The position numbers were made by a program, and so were the translations under genes. From positions 310,001 to 374,000 of the IMG/VR virus record IMGVR_UViG_3300049215_000771: a DNA stretch of 64,000 nucleotides; one strand, given 5' to 3'. Below the pieces are notes generated by a model. The model was not told the DNA's origin. It worked only from the letters and a program-made list of their open reading frames with translations, and did no database searches. Positions within the stretch are counted from its first letter, which is position 1; every line of letters starts with the position of its first letter. Below are positions 38,363 through 46,909 of this stretch, piece by piece.

Positions 38363-39232
38363 ACCCTGCCAATCTTTCTTGAGATCGAGCAGTGGGTGGT
38401 ACTTGTTGTCAATAAGAATCTGCCATCGTTCCTTGTACTTTCTGTCACGTTTCTTTCCATGCCAGTGATGTAACACAGTCCCAGGCATATATCCCACATT
38501 CCTGTGGATATGGGTTTCGGCCCGCTCCTGCCATCGCATCAACTCTCCCATGTACGCCGGGTCCAGCTTGTCGCCGGGCAACGATTGTTCGATCTTGCCG
38601 ATCAATCCGAAAGCCATATGACGGTCGGCAGCGCCCAAGATGGCAATGTCGATCAAACCGCCCAGGTGGTCGATGGCTTCACGACGGGCTGCCCAGGCAA
38701 AACCAGGGTGCCAATTGGAGTAACACTTCGTCGGTGGAAAACCGTGCAAATAGCTGTAGACAAAACCACGGTGACGCTGGAAGGTTTCGTGATTGGGGCA
38801 CAAGTCTTGCGCCGTCGAGAACATCTGGATAACATGGTAATGCTGAAGCTGGTTCAGTGTTTCACGCACCCAATCATGGCGGGCGAAAGAAATATCGGCG
38901 TCAATCCAGGCGACGTACTCCCAATCGGAAGGCAAGCGAGAAATAGCGACGTTAATCATGTTTTCTTTGTGCCAGATTTCCGAACGGGTGCGCAGTTGGA
39001 TGTGCCGAGGGTTATTGGCTTCAGTTACAGCGAACGGGCGATGCCCGAAAGCCACTTCGACAGTGTAGAGTTCTGCGCCGGCATCACTACACATCTTGGC
39101 GAAGTCTTCGTACAACTTGTAGCGAGTACGATAACGACAAGGGTTTGTAATAGGCGCAATCACATACAACTTAGCATTGTCCGGGTGCAACCTATTGGAC
39201 AGCGGGTGAGTAACGTGCATCGAATGGCTCAT
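38252..39232 (-). CDS. GT-A-fold glycosyltransferase-like protein (paralog of 23724-24653)
   Basis: WHKENMIN, AWIDAD, PGFAWAARR, HHWHG; AAGGAG RBS before ATG 39232. Confidence 0.65.
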   Translation of the reverse strand: MSHSMHVTHPLSNRLHPDNAKLYVIAPITNPCRYRTRYKLYEDFAKMCSDAGAELYTVEVAFGHRPFAVTEANNPRHIQLRTRSEIWHKENMINVAISRLPSDWEYVAWIDADISFARHDWVRETLNQLQHYHVIQMFSTAQDLCPNHETFQRHRGFVYSYLHGFPPTKCYSNWHPGFAWAARREAIDHLGGLIDIAILGAADRHMAFGLIGKIEQSLPGDKLDPAYMGELMRWQERAETHIHRNVGYMPGTVLHHWHGKKRDRKYKERWQILIDNKYHPLLDLKKDWQGLWALTDHNIKLRDDLRAYFRSRNEDSIDHDLTENRM

Positions 39233-39333
39233 GGGAGACAACTCCTTTTGTTGTAGAATTCAACCTATCTAGTCTTTCCGTTCCCCTTTCTTTTTAGACC
39301 TTTGTACCTGCCGTCCATTGAAAGGAGAATGCG

Positions 39334-39915
39334 ATGGTAATAACCGACAAGTTTGAAATTGATGGGAAGGAAGTTACAGGTCATTTCAGCCTGGAATATC
39401 TGCAAGATGCAGAAATCCAAATGCGGCTTTTGGGAAAATTCCGCACCACCGAGATCACGGATGAGGAAATCGCCATCTGGAAGGCTATATCCTTCGGCAT
39501 TGACCGCACACCGAGCGGCGAATTGGATCAATCACCCGAAGCTGTAACCTGGCGTGAGCTATTGGGATGCGACGGGCCGGGGTTCCGTTGCCCCATTTTG
39601 ACCGGCGAGATCACCCAGCAAGAGATCAACGAGTGGGGCGTCGAGTACGAAAAACTGAAAAAGATAGATTTCGAGGCCGTGAAAAAGAAGTATAATGTAA
39701 AGTTCGAGTCCGACCACGAGCCGCCGTACCCGGAGTACGATACTTCCACGCCTGGAGATTGCTGGCCTCCGTTTCAGCCTACTGCGCCGATTCAATGGCC
39801 TGCCGAGTCAACGATTTTCCCGTGGGTGGAAGACACAAGGCCGAAGGCAAACAACATCCTGGACTCGTTCCTGAACTTTTTCTCGAATCCAGATACCTAT
39901 GGACCTCGTAGTTGA
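39334..39915 (+). CDS. Hypothetical protein
   Basis: AAGGAG RBS, 193 aa. Confidence 0.6.
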   Translation: MVITDKFEIDGKEVTGHFSLEYLQDAEIQMRLLGKFRTTEITDEEIAIWKAISFGIDRTPSGELDQSPEAVTWRELLGCDGPGFRCPILTGEITQQEINEWGVEYEKLKKIDFEAVKKKYNVKFESDHEPPYPEYDTSTPGDCWPPFQPTAPIQWPAESTIFPWVEDTRPKANNILDSFLNFFSNPDTYGPRS

Positions 39916-40774
39916 AACCGACGTAGGACATGACCCCGATGACCTGTTTGCTCTCTGTTACCTCGTTGCTGCTGGGGTCAATGTCCGAACCATCCTGATC
40001 TCTCCTGGTGATCCCGACCAAATCGCCATAGCCCGGTACTTCTGTGATCGGGTTGGGTTGAAAATACCAATCGGGGTCGCCCAGGAGGGCAGGATGAAAC
40101 TCTCTTCCGGCTCGATTCACCATGAACTGCTCAAGCGAGCCAACCTGCCACTGGAAGCCAAGGCTGATGGCCTGGGAGTAGACATTCTCCAAGATGTGTT
40201 CAAGAACTATCCAGACTCCGAACTTTTCATCATTGGTCCCGTGACCAGCATCGGCACTTACCTTGGCAAAACTGGTCGCAAGGTGAAGCGGGCAACGATG
40301 CAGGGCGGATTTCTCTCCTATCGCTACCACGCCCCGATGAAACGAGAGCCGAAGTTTGAGGACAAAACCTGGATGCCGACCTTCAACCTCAACGGGGATC
40401 GCAAGGCTGGCGTGAAATTTCTGGAGGCCGACATCGAAGAACGTCGGATGGTCGGCAAAAACGTCTGCCACACGGTTGTTTTTAACCAGGAACGATACGA
40501 ACAAATCGAGGTACAACGAACGAACGTCAACGGTGCCGCCGCCATGCTGTTCGACTACGCTGCTGGTTTGTATCTTGACAAACATGAAGGCAAGAAATTC
40601 CACGATCCGACTGCCGCCTGTCTCCACCTGCACCCGGAGATCGGGACATGGGTAAGGGGTAGAACAGTGAAGATGGAATCGGGCTGGGGAACTGAACTCG
40701 ATCCCGATGGAGATTACATCTGCGCCGACGTGGATCACGACAAATTGTGGCGATACATTCTGAACCAGAAATAG
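39899..40774 (+). CDS. Inosine/uridine-preferring nucleoside hydrolase family
   Basis: ETDVGHDPDD, GPVTSI, MQGG, FN...D, FHDP. Confidence 0.85.
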   Translation: MDLVVETDVGHDPDDLFALCYLVAAGVNVRTILISPGDPDQIAIARYFCDRVGLKIPIGVAQEGRMKLSSGSIHHELLKRANLPLEAKADGLGVDILQDVFKNYPDSELFIIGPVTSIGTYLGKTGRKVKRATMQGGFLSYRYHAPMKREPKFEDKTWMPTFNLNGDRKAGVKFLEADIEERRMVGKNVCHTVVFNQERYEQIEVQRTNVNGAAAMLFDYAAGLYLDKHEGKKFHDPTAACLHLHPEIGTWVRGRTVKMESGWGTELDPDGDYICADVDHDKLWRYILNQK

Positions 40775-40840
40775 TAGATACCACCATGACAAACTTCAGG
40801 AGTGGCTTCCGTTAGGTTCCCCAACCTAACAGGAGGCCAC

Positions 40841-41020
40841 ATGAGCCACAGACGAATCAGACTCCCACGAGTCGCCCAGGAGAAACGAAACAACCAAGAA
40901 GGCTGGAATCGAGCCAGCCGCAGCCCCATCCATCTTCCTGACCATTGGTCTGAGGAACAGTGGGTTCGGGATCAGCGAAGCTGGAAGAAGTTTCGCAAGA
41001 CACAATACAAGCCGAAATGA
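40841..41020 (+). CDS. Small basic protein
   Basis: AGGAGG RBS; ...RSWKKFRKTQYK; small hairpin 40811-40830 just upstream. Confidence 0.6.
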   Translation: MSHRRIRLPRVAQEKRNNQEGWNRASRSPIHLPDHWSEEQWVRDQRSWKKFRKTQYKPK

Positions 41021-41022
41021 TG

Positions 41023-41060
41023 AACCGAGCCGCACTAGATAGGTGCGGCTCGGTTTTTTT
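41023..41060 (+). terminator. Terminator hairpin whose loop is TAGATAG
   Basis: aaccgagccgcac-tagatag-gtgcggctcggtt + T run. Confidence 0.85.
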
Positions 41061-41096
41061 GTTGATCGAACTTACAATTCATCAGGAGGAAACATC

Positions 41097-41372
41097 ATGT
41101 CATACGAATCAATGGCTAATTTCTTGGTCCACAAGATAAAGCGTGTAAGTGTGTCGGAAAGCGCTGACCCGAACAAGTGGCCGACAAACAACTCGTGGGG
41201 CAACACACCGAGCGGCGGCTGGCCCCGGTTGGACAATCCCTACGTCCCCAAGCAGAACAACAACTCAAGCTGGAAGGCTTCGGACACGGGGATCGTGACC
41301 GAGGAAGAAATGCAGAAGAAGCAGGCCACAAAGAAGTACAGGAGCATTGACGACCCGTGGGAAGAATCATGA
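41097..41372 (+). CDS. Mini-protein: core-protein repeat fragment + YRSIDDPWE tail
   Basis: AGGAGG RBS; SW...SG.WPRLDNPYVPK matches the repeat in 25258-27207. Confidence 0.75.
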   Translation: MSYESMANFLVHKIKRVSVSESADPNKWPTNNSWGNTPSGGWPRLDNPYVPKQNNNSSWKASDTGIVTEEEMQKKQATKKYRSIDDPWEES

Positions 41373-41617
41373 AAAACCCGCTCGGTCGGCCCAATCAAAT
41401 CTTGATGGCCTACCGTGGCGATTCGATGATGGACGCAGGCTATTTTTACGCACCCTACATCCCCCTTCAGTCTACACCAGTGGTAGGAATTCCGCCGCCC
41501 GCTGTTCCATCGGTTCCATCGCCAGAAGAAGAAAACGACACGGTGATCCCGGAGTGGGCAAGGAAAACAGTCTACCGTTCCATCGACGATCCCTGGGAAA
41601 CTTCCACTCCTGACTGA
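41369..41617 (+). CDS. Mini-protein: MCP C-terminal fragment + YRSIDDPWE tail
   Basis: ATGA coupling; 26/38 aa identical to MCP residues 403-440. Confidence 0.8.
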   Translation: MKNPLGRPNQILMAYRGDSMMDAGYFYAPYIPLQSTPVVGIPPPAVPSVPSPEEENDTVIPEWARKTVYRSIDDPWETSTPD

Positions 41618-41700
41618 AAATTTCCCTTGACGCAACTCCTATGCCGACAAGCAGTTCTTCCACCGACATCTCGTCTGGTTGTACAATCCGAGAAAACTAC

Positions 41701-41730
41701 TTGACAACTGGCCTTGACCCGTAGTAGTAT
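41701..41730 (+). promoter_or_regulatory. Sigma70-like early promoter
   Basis: TTGACA-N18-TAGTAT upstream of 41805. Confidence 0.55.
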
Positions 41731-41804
41731 AGCTCTCAGACAAGACGCAGCCGACTGTCGGCGGCGGCAACAAACGAGTTGATCCTTATTGTGAAGGGGA
41801 AACG

Positions 41805-42500
41805 ATGAGCGACAAGAACAAGGGTGGGAAGCCGGCAGCGGACGTTCAGCCCGTGGCGGCGCAACAGGTGAATCAGACGGCTCAGGTCGAGGAGGAGGCG
41901 GTCCCGGACGAACGTGACCAGGCCGAACTCGCAGCGGCACGGGAGGCGGACGCTCAGGCGCAGGCACAACCGGCCCAGCCGGAACCGGAGCCGGAAGCCC
42001 CGGAAGCCCCGGAAGCCCCGGAAGTTCTGGCGATTCGTCAGGCGTTCGCCGCCTTCGAGGATCGCATCACGGCCTACGAACGGGAGAACGAACAGAAGCG
42101 TGCCGAGATCGAGGCGAACGAGGAAAAGATCAACGAGCTTCGCTCGACGCTCCGCACCAAGTTCGGTGGCTTGTTCGGTCAGTCGGCATCACCAGTCCGT
42201 TCGGCCCCGACCAAGAAGCAGGCCAGCAACGGCAGCGCCAAGAAGTCGGTCAGCAAGCCCGCCGCCAGCAACGGCAACGGCAGCCGCACCCGGACGAACT
42301 ACGGCGACGGCAACAGCACGGGCGACCTGATCGCCGCCTGTCTGAAGAAGGCGAAGAAGCCGGTCAACTCCGAGCAGTTGACGGCGTACCTGAAGCAGCA
42401 CGGCAACACCACCAACCCGTCCGTGGAACTGTCCCGGATGGTCGCCAAGGGACTCGTGGTCCGGCCCAGCCGGGGCTTCTACGAGTGGGCGGGCGAGTAA
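41805..42500 (+). CDS. Putative nucleoid-associated/DNA-binding protein (disordered - coiled coil - winged HTH)
   Basis: C-terminal DLI...LKKAKKP.N...L...L...NPSVELSRMV.KGLVVR..RGFY. Confidence 0.65.
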   Translation: MSDKNKGGKPAADVQPVAAQQVNQTAQVEEEAVPDERDQAELAAAREADAQAQAQPAQPEPEPEAPEAPEAPEVLAIRQAFAAFEDRITAYERENEQKRAEIEANEEKINELRSTLRTKFGGLFGQSASPVRSAPTKKQASNGSAKKSVSKPAASNGNGSRTRTNYGDGNSTGDLIAACLKKAKKPVNSEQLTAYLKQHGNTTNPSVELSRMVAKGLVVRPSRGFYEWAGE

Positions 42501-42531
42501 ATCCATCGCCGGGCAGACGTGGCTAGATGGT

Positions 42532-42565
42532 GAACACAGCCGGGAGTAAAATCCCGGCTGTGTTC
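42532..42565. terminator. 14-bp stem hairpin after 41805 gene
   Basis: gaacacagccggga-gtaaaa-tcccggctgtgttc; no U tract. Confidence 0.55.
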
Positions 42566-42579
42566 GTCTACATACCTAC

Positions 42580-42822
42580 ATGAAGACATTTCTCGAATGG
42601 CTGAAATTACGAGAAGAAGGCGGCTTGTTCGGCAACCCAGGCACACCCTATCCCGATGGCTTGACGCCCACCACTTCTAAGAAACTTGGCCCCAACAAAG
42701 GCAAACTCGACAATTCCGGCATGAGCGGCGGTCCTGGTCGCAAAAGTGCTGGTGGAATGCCTGCGGCTGGTGGTGCGCCCATTCCTCCCGCTGGTGGAAA
42801 TACCCCTGCACCACCTAAATAG
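42580..42822 (+). CDS. Small Gly/Pro-rich protein with MKTFLEWLKLREE leader
   Basis: Leader motif. Confidence 0.7.
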   Translation: MKTFLEWLKLREEGGLFGNPGTPYPDGLTPTTSKKLGPNKGKLDNSGMSGGPGRKSAGGMPAAGGAPIPPAGGNTPAPPK

Positions 42823-42826
42823 GGGT

Positions 42827-43429
42827 ATGATTAGTTTCAGGACATGGCTTGAAGAACATGATGATTTTGAGGCAGAAGCCGGACCCCACATCAAAGTGCT
42901 GCTGCCGAGCGTTAAACAAAGCAGCAACTACGACTGCGGTGCTGCTGCGCTTCGTGCCATAGCGGAATACTTCAAAGTCGGCCCTGAGAAGGAAGCCGAC
43001 TTCATCAAGGCTTGTAAAACCACCAAGAAGGACGGCACCGACCCGGATGGCATCATCAGGGCGGCTCATGCCTTCGGCCTCAACACCAGGGCCAAGGCGG
43101 GGATGTCCATTGAGGAATTGAAATCCTTCCTAGACATGGGCAGGCCCATCATGTGTCTGATTCAAGCCTACGGCGAGCCAGACGAGTACCACAAGCCACA
43201 AAGCGGGCACTACGTCAATGCCATCGGTTACGACGGCAATCACATCTATTTTGAAGACCCGTCAATGAAAGGCAACCGTGGGATGTTGCCTTTCAAGGAA
43301 TTCAAGAAACGCTGGCATGACAAAGGCGAGGGAGGCAAAAGCTACACCCGCTGGGGCGTCGTCATCTGGAAGCAGTCCGACGAAGGAACTGATCGAGAAT
43401 ACGTTCCCCAGGCGAAGAAGATTCCATGA
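42827..43429 (+). CDS. C39-like cysteine peptidase with MISFRTWLEE leader
   Basis: VKQ...DCGAAAL, GRPI, GHYV..IGYD...Y..DP. Confidence 0.85.
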   Translation: MISFRTWLEEHDDFEAEAGPHIKVLLPSVKQSSNYDCGAAALRAIAEYFKVGPEKEADFIKACKTTKKDGTDPDGIIRAAHAFGLNTRAKAGMSIEELKSFLDMGRPIMCLIQAYGEPDEYHKPQSGHYVNAIGYDGNHIYFEDPSMKGNRGMLPFKEFKKRWHDKGEGGKSYTRWGVVIWKQSDEGTDREYVPQAKKIP

Positions 43430-44063
43430 CCGGGCACTTGATGATCCACTCATCCGGCATCTTCCATTCTTCCTTCGTTGCCATGATGCCTTCCCATTGT
43501 GGCTCGTAGCCCGGAACGCCAGGGCAGTGGCTTTTGTACTCAACCTTTGAGTAGCGCATTGTCAACTCTATCGTTACTTCTTCCGAGGACGTGTAGTCTA
43601 GCTCGCCAAAGTTGATTGCCGTAATCGAGCAGTTGCTCATCTTCCACTCCTCCATGACATTGCCACACCCATCGTACAACTTCAGAATGGAATCACATGG
43701 ATTGGTTGCTTGCGAGAGAAGGTCTTTCGGAAATGGCGACTGAGGGTTGTTGTACTGCCAGGCCAAAAACTCCCACAAATCTTTCGTGTTCTGGTCATTG
43801 GTACTGATGCCATAATAAGTGATGGTCATTTCTTCCCAATTGGTTTTACCAGGAACCCACATTTTGTTGTTGAGAAAATCTATCTCAGTTTCTTCGACAC
43901 TAAGATTGGGCCGTGCGGCTACCTTCACGAATTGAGGTTGAACGATAGTTGCGCAGGTCGATGGGTCTAGTAGCTCCAGTGTCCAGCGAAACTTTCTCTT
44001 TATGAGGATGTTGGAATTTCCCAACACCCCTAGTTGTCCGATTCCCATTTGGCTTACACTCAT
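43362..44063 (-). CDS. Tail tube protein paralog (T4 gp19-like) with C-terminal extension
   Basis: KRKFRW, AARP, GKTNWEEMTITYY, LKLYDGCG.VMEEW, INFGELDYTS...IELTMRY. Confidence 0.8.
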   Translation of the reverse strand: MSVSQMGIGQLGVLGNSNILIKRKFRWTLELLDPSTCATIVQPQFVKVAARPNLSVEETEIDFLNNKMWVPGKTNWEEMTITYYGISTNDQNTKDLWEFLAWQYNNPQSPFPKDLLSQATNPCDSILKLYDGCGNVMEEWKMSNCSITAINFGELDYTSSEEVTIELTMRYSKVEYKSHCPGVPGYEPQWEGIMATKEEWKMPDEWIIKCPVMESSSPGERILDQFLRRTASR

Positions 44064-44145
44064 TGATCTCCTTGTTCCATTATATGCCTGAAATTACAGG
44101 CGTTCGGGATAAATAGTTATGTTCGTTATTGTTACGGAGGAAGGT

Positions 44146-44568
44146 ATGAACAACAGCAACAACACCATCGGCATCATCGTTGTCGGTCTTATCGCATTCC
44201 TCGCCATTGTCGTAACTGGCAAATGGCTGTTGGATAGGCATCACGACCATTACCATGAGCCACGAGCGGAGATGGCAGCACCACCTGCGACTCCTGCGAC
44301 ACCACAACAACCAGGCGTAATTGTTGTGCCTGGGGCACCTGGGCCATACCCCTACTACGTTCCAGCCTGGCACAACAACCAACATTTTTGGGCTGGCTAT
44401 AATGACGGCTGGAATGCAATCGGTCGTCGTCTAGCAACGCCGGAATATCTGAAAGGATATGAGATCGGCGAACACGACAGGAGATTGGGTCGTCACTACT
44501 ACTACGACCACTACTACCCGCCAGGGTTCAGCCTACGTTTGCCAGGTTTCCACCTGAACATTCGTTAA
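44146..44568 (+). CDS. Membrane-anchored Tyr/His/Pro-rich protein
   Basis: GGAGG RBS; N-terminal TM helix. Confidence 0.65.
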   Translation: MNNSNNTIGIIVVGLIAFLAIVVTGKWLLDRHHDHYHEPRAEMAAPPATPATPQQPGVIVVPGAPGPYPYYVPAWHNNQHFWAGYNDGWNAIGRRLATPEYLKGYEIGEHDRRLGRHYYYDHYYPPGFSLRLPGFHLNIR

Positions 44569-44575
44569 ATGAGTC

Positions 44576-44603
44576 AAAAGCCCACAGAAATGTGGGCTTT
44601 TTT
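44576..44603. terminator. Bidirectional terminator
   Basis: aaaagcccaca-gaaa-tgtgggctttt between convergent genes. Confidence 0.85.
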
Positions 44604-44605
44604 CA

Positions 44606-45307
44606 TTACGTCGTCAAATCAGTGTAGATTGACACATCGTCGAAGTGATGAAGGACAACTTCTCCATTTTTCACAACCAGATAAGTGCAAGGACGTTCCG
44701 TCCAGCACCCACTGTTGTAGTAACTGATTTTGCCTGGGTCTTCCAATTCCAGATGCGTATGCCCGCAACACACAATATCGCAATCTTTCTTGCAGGCATA
44801 TTCCTTTGCTTTCATCTGTACAATTTCTGAGCAGCGCAAGAAGGTTTTGCTGTATTTTTTGGCGTGCTTGGCCCAATAGATGTGGATTTTCTGCATCAAG
44901 TAGTAAATCCAATCACCGACCCATGTAATGATGGGATGGTCGGTGAGGAACTTGTCAAAACGATCACCGTGCAGAACAAGCACACGTTTTGTAGCTGTTT
45001 GGAATATGTATTCCTCAGCCACGTCAACGCCGATGAGATGAGAAATGATCTCGGCAGGCCCGTCGTGGTTGCCGTTGAGCCAAATGGTGTGGACGTGATC
45101 CGAGATGGAACGGAGTTTCGACAACACCTTCCAGTGTAGTTTGTGCAGGCGTCGGAAGTCCCACGAATCGAAGACATCCCCATTCAAAATCAAGTGACGA
45201 GTTTGAATCTCACCACTATTGATCTGATCGAGAAAGTCTACAATTAACTTGGCCTGGCAAACGTAACTTCCCAGGTGCAAGTCTGAGAGGATTACGGCAT
45301 CATTCAT
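44606..45307 (-). CDS. Calcineurin-like metallophosphoesterase (LpxH/UDP-2,3-diacylglucosamine hydrolase-like)
   Basis: SDLHLG, GDVFD, GNHD, HGD, GHTH, NSGCW. Confidence 0.88.
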   Translation of the reverse strand: MNDAVILSDLHLGSYVCQAKLIVDFLDQINSGEIQTRHLILNGDVFDSWDFRRLHKLHWKVLSKLRSISDHVHTIWLNGNHDGPAEIISHLIGVDVAEEYIFQTATKRVLVLHGDRFDKFLTDHPIITWVGDWIYYLMQKIHIYWAKHAKKYSKTFLRCSEIVQMKAKEYACKKDCDIVCCGHTHLELEDPGKISYYNSGCWTERPCTYLVVKNGEVVLHHFDDVSIYTDLTT

Positions 45308-45342
45308 TACCGTATGGTACTGGATAGCGGGAGAAAAATGCA

Positions 45343-45753
45343 GTGGTAAAATCAAAACTTCACAAAACAATCATGCTTGATCCACATATCACAGAATTGA
45401 ACAAGAAAACCGAGGAAGAAGGCGGCATCAACGTATCGAAGCTGAAGCCCGGAACGAGAGTCATCGTCAAGACCAAGAACAGCATCTATGAAATGACGGT
45501 CATCAACGGAAACAGGATATGGCTGAAAGGGGGCAAGTATTTCCCCGAATTCGTCGAACGCTATTTCTTGGGGTCCACCTGGGGCGGCTCGTGTCTCAAA
45601 TTGCATTGGGTCGGCTACGACATGCGAATGGAATTCACAAACTCACACAACGGAGTTGTCGAAACCATTCGCACCAGTCGTGTCGAAGCCGCCACAATTT
45701 GCGGTGAAGGTTGGTCCTATGACCTCGATTGGCCTAGTCGTACCGATCCATGA
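45343..45753 (+). CDS. Hypothetical protein
   Basis: 136-aa ORF. Confidence 0.55.
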   Translation: MVKSKLHKTIMLDPHITELNKKTEEEGGINVSKLKPGTRVIVKTKNSIYEMTVINGNRIWLKGGKYFPEFVERYFLGSTWGGSCLKLHWVGYDMRMEFTNSHNGVVETIRTSRVEAATICGEGWSYDLDWPSRTDP

Positions 45754-46306
45754 TGAACTTCGGCATACGATGAACAATCGTGTGCAAGAACTCATACGCT
45801 CCACGGTTGCTGAACACGATTTCATGCCGACCCCGACAAAGATGCGCAGCACAATCGCAATCCAACGAGTTGAAGTATTCGCAGATAATCTTTGTTCCTT
45901 CCTCGCCGAACTTGTGCGTCCGTAGATAAGCCTTTCGCTTGCTTTTGCGTCCGGCATCCACGAACCAAATCATCCAGGCCACGTCATTGAGAATTTCCAA
46001 CGTCTCAGGCGTGATGATCTTCTTACCATCTTTGTAGAAACTTTCATACAATTCGTTGAATACAGGGTAAGCTATCGAGTAGCACCTGAAGGTGTTCTTG
46101 TCCCGTTTGATGACGTTTTCATCCATCTTGAAGAATTCATGCAGCCCAGCCGTTTTGTACAACAGCCAGTCGTAATCCCGATCACGCATCGCAAGATAGC
46201 AATTTTTTCCTCGTTCTGGTTTGATGATCGACGAACCGCCCAAAATCGTTCCGTACAACACCTGCTTCTGGTTGTTTTTCAACTCTGGTCCCAATTGATA
46301 TGTCAT
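45734..46306 (-). CDS. Free-standing LAGLIDADG homing endonuclease
   Basis: QVLYGTILGGSSI and IWFVDAG motifs; GGAGG RBS. Confidence 0.8.
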   Translation of the reverse strand: MTYQLGPELKNNQKQVLYGTILGGSSIIKPERGKNCYLAMRDRDYDWLLYKTAGLHEFFKMDENVIKRDKNTFRCYSIAYPVFNELYESFYKDGKKIITPETLEILNDVAWMIWFVDAGRKSKRKAYLRTHKFGEEGTKIICEYFNSLDCDCAAHLCRGRHEIVFSNRGAYEFLHTIVHRMPKFIMDRYD

Positions 46307-46430
46307 ATTCTCCTCCTGCTTGTATATAAGCGTTTCGCAACATTTTTTCCGATTACTATGTGAGAAAAAACGGGTGGTGCATACCTACATGAGAACATCG
46401 TAGTTCATTTGAACAAGGAGATAAAACAAC

Positions 46431-46805
46431 ATGGGTGCAACAAGCGTCACTGGTGTTTCTGGTCCAGGTACAGTTGCAGGAAAGCAACGTGGCTCAGAAC
46501 ACATGAGTCTGTCGGTCAAGAAACTTATCGGCCCGCACATCGTTGCGGCTGGTACTGTTACTTTGAGCGGCACGACTGGTGTAGTTGAAATCCCGGCCCC
46601 TGGTATGCCAGGCGAAGCCTACGACGGCAACTACAACCCGGACTCTGTGTCCAACTACTCCGTCATTCTGACTTCCTCGACCGCCACTGCGCCGTATGTC
46701 TCGGTTGCCTTGGCTGCGGTTGCTTTGACCAACACATGGAATTTCACCATCACTGCTGGAAACAACGCAACGGTATCTTGGCTCGTCGTGAAGAACGGCC
46801 TGTAA
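46431..46805 (+). CDS. Putative virion structural protein (T/S/G/A-rich)
   Basis: AAGGAG RBS; beta-rich, low-charge composition. Confidence 0.55.
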   Translation: MGATSVTGVSGPGTVAGKQRGSEHMSLSVKKLIGPHIVAAGTVTLSGTTGVVEIPAPGMPGEAYDGNYNPDSVSNYSVILTSSTATAPYVSVALAAVALTNTWNFTITAGNNATVSWLVVKNGL

Positions 46806-46817
46806 TCGAATTACATG

Positions 46818-46848
46818 AAAAAACCCGTCACTAGGAAGTGACGGGTTT
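46818..46848. terminator. Terminator between convergent genes
   Basis: aaacccgtcact-agga-agtgacgggttt. Confidence 0.75.
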
Positions 46849-46909
46849 AGCGAGCCAGACGCTCTAAAATCTGGAAACAGAAAGGGTTTGACTCATCCTT
46901 TTAGCCTTT

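Noticed and set aside
39800-39915. NILDSFL vs RILDQFL similarity between the 39334 and 43362 C-termini
   Set aside because: Too short to distinguish from chance.
41369-41617. MCP fragment as a DGR template/variable repeat
   Set aside because: Differences from MCP are spread over synonymous positions, not adenine-specific, and no reverse transcriptase is in the window.
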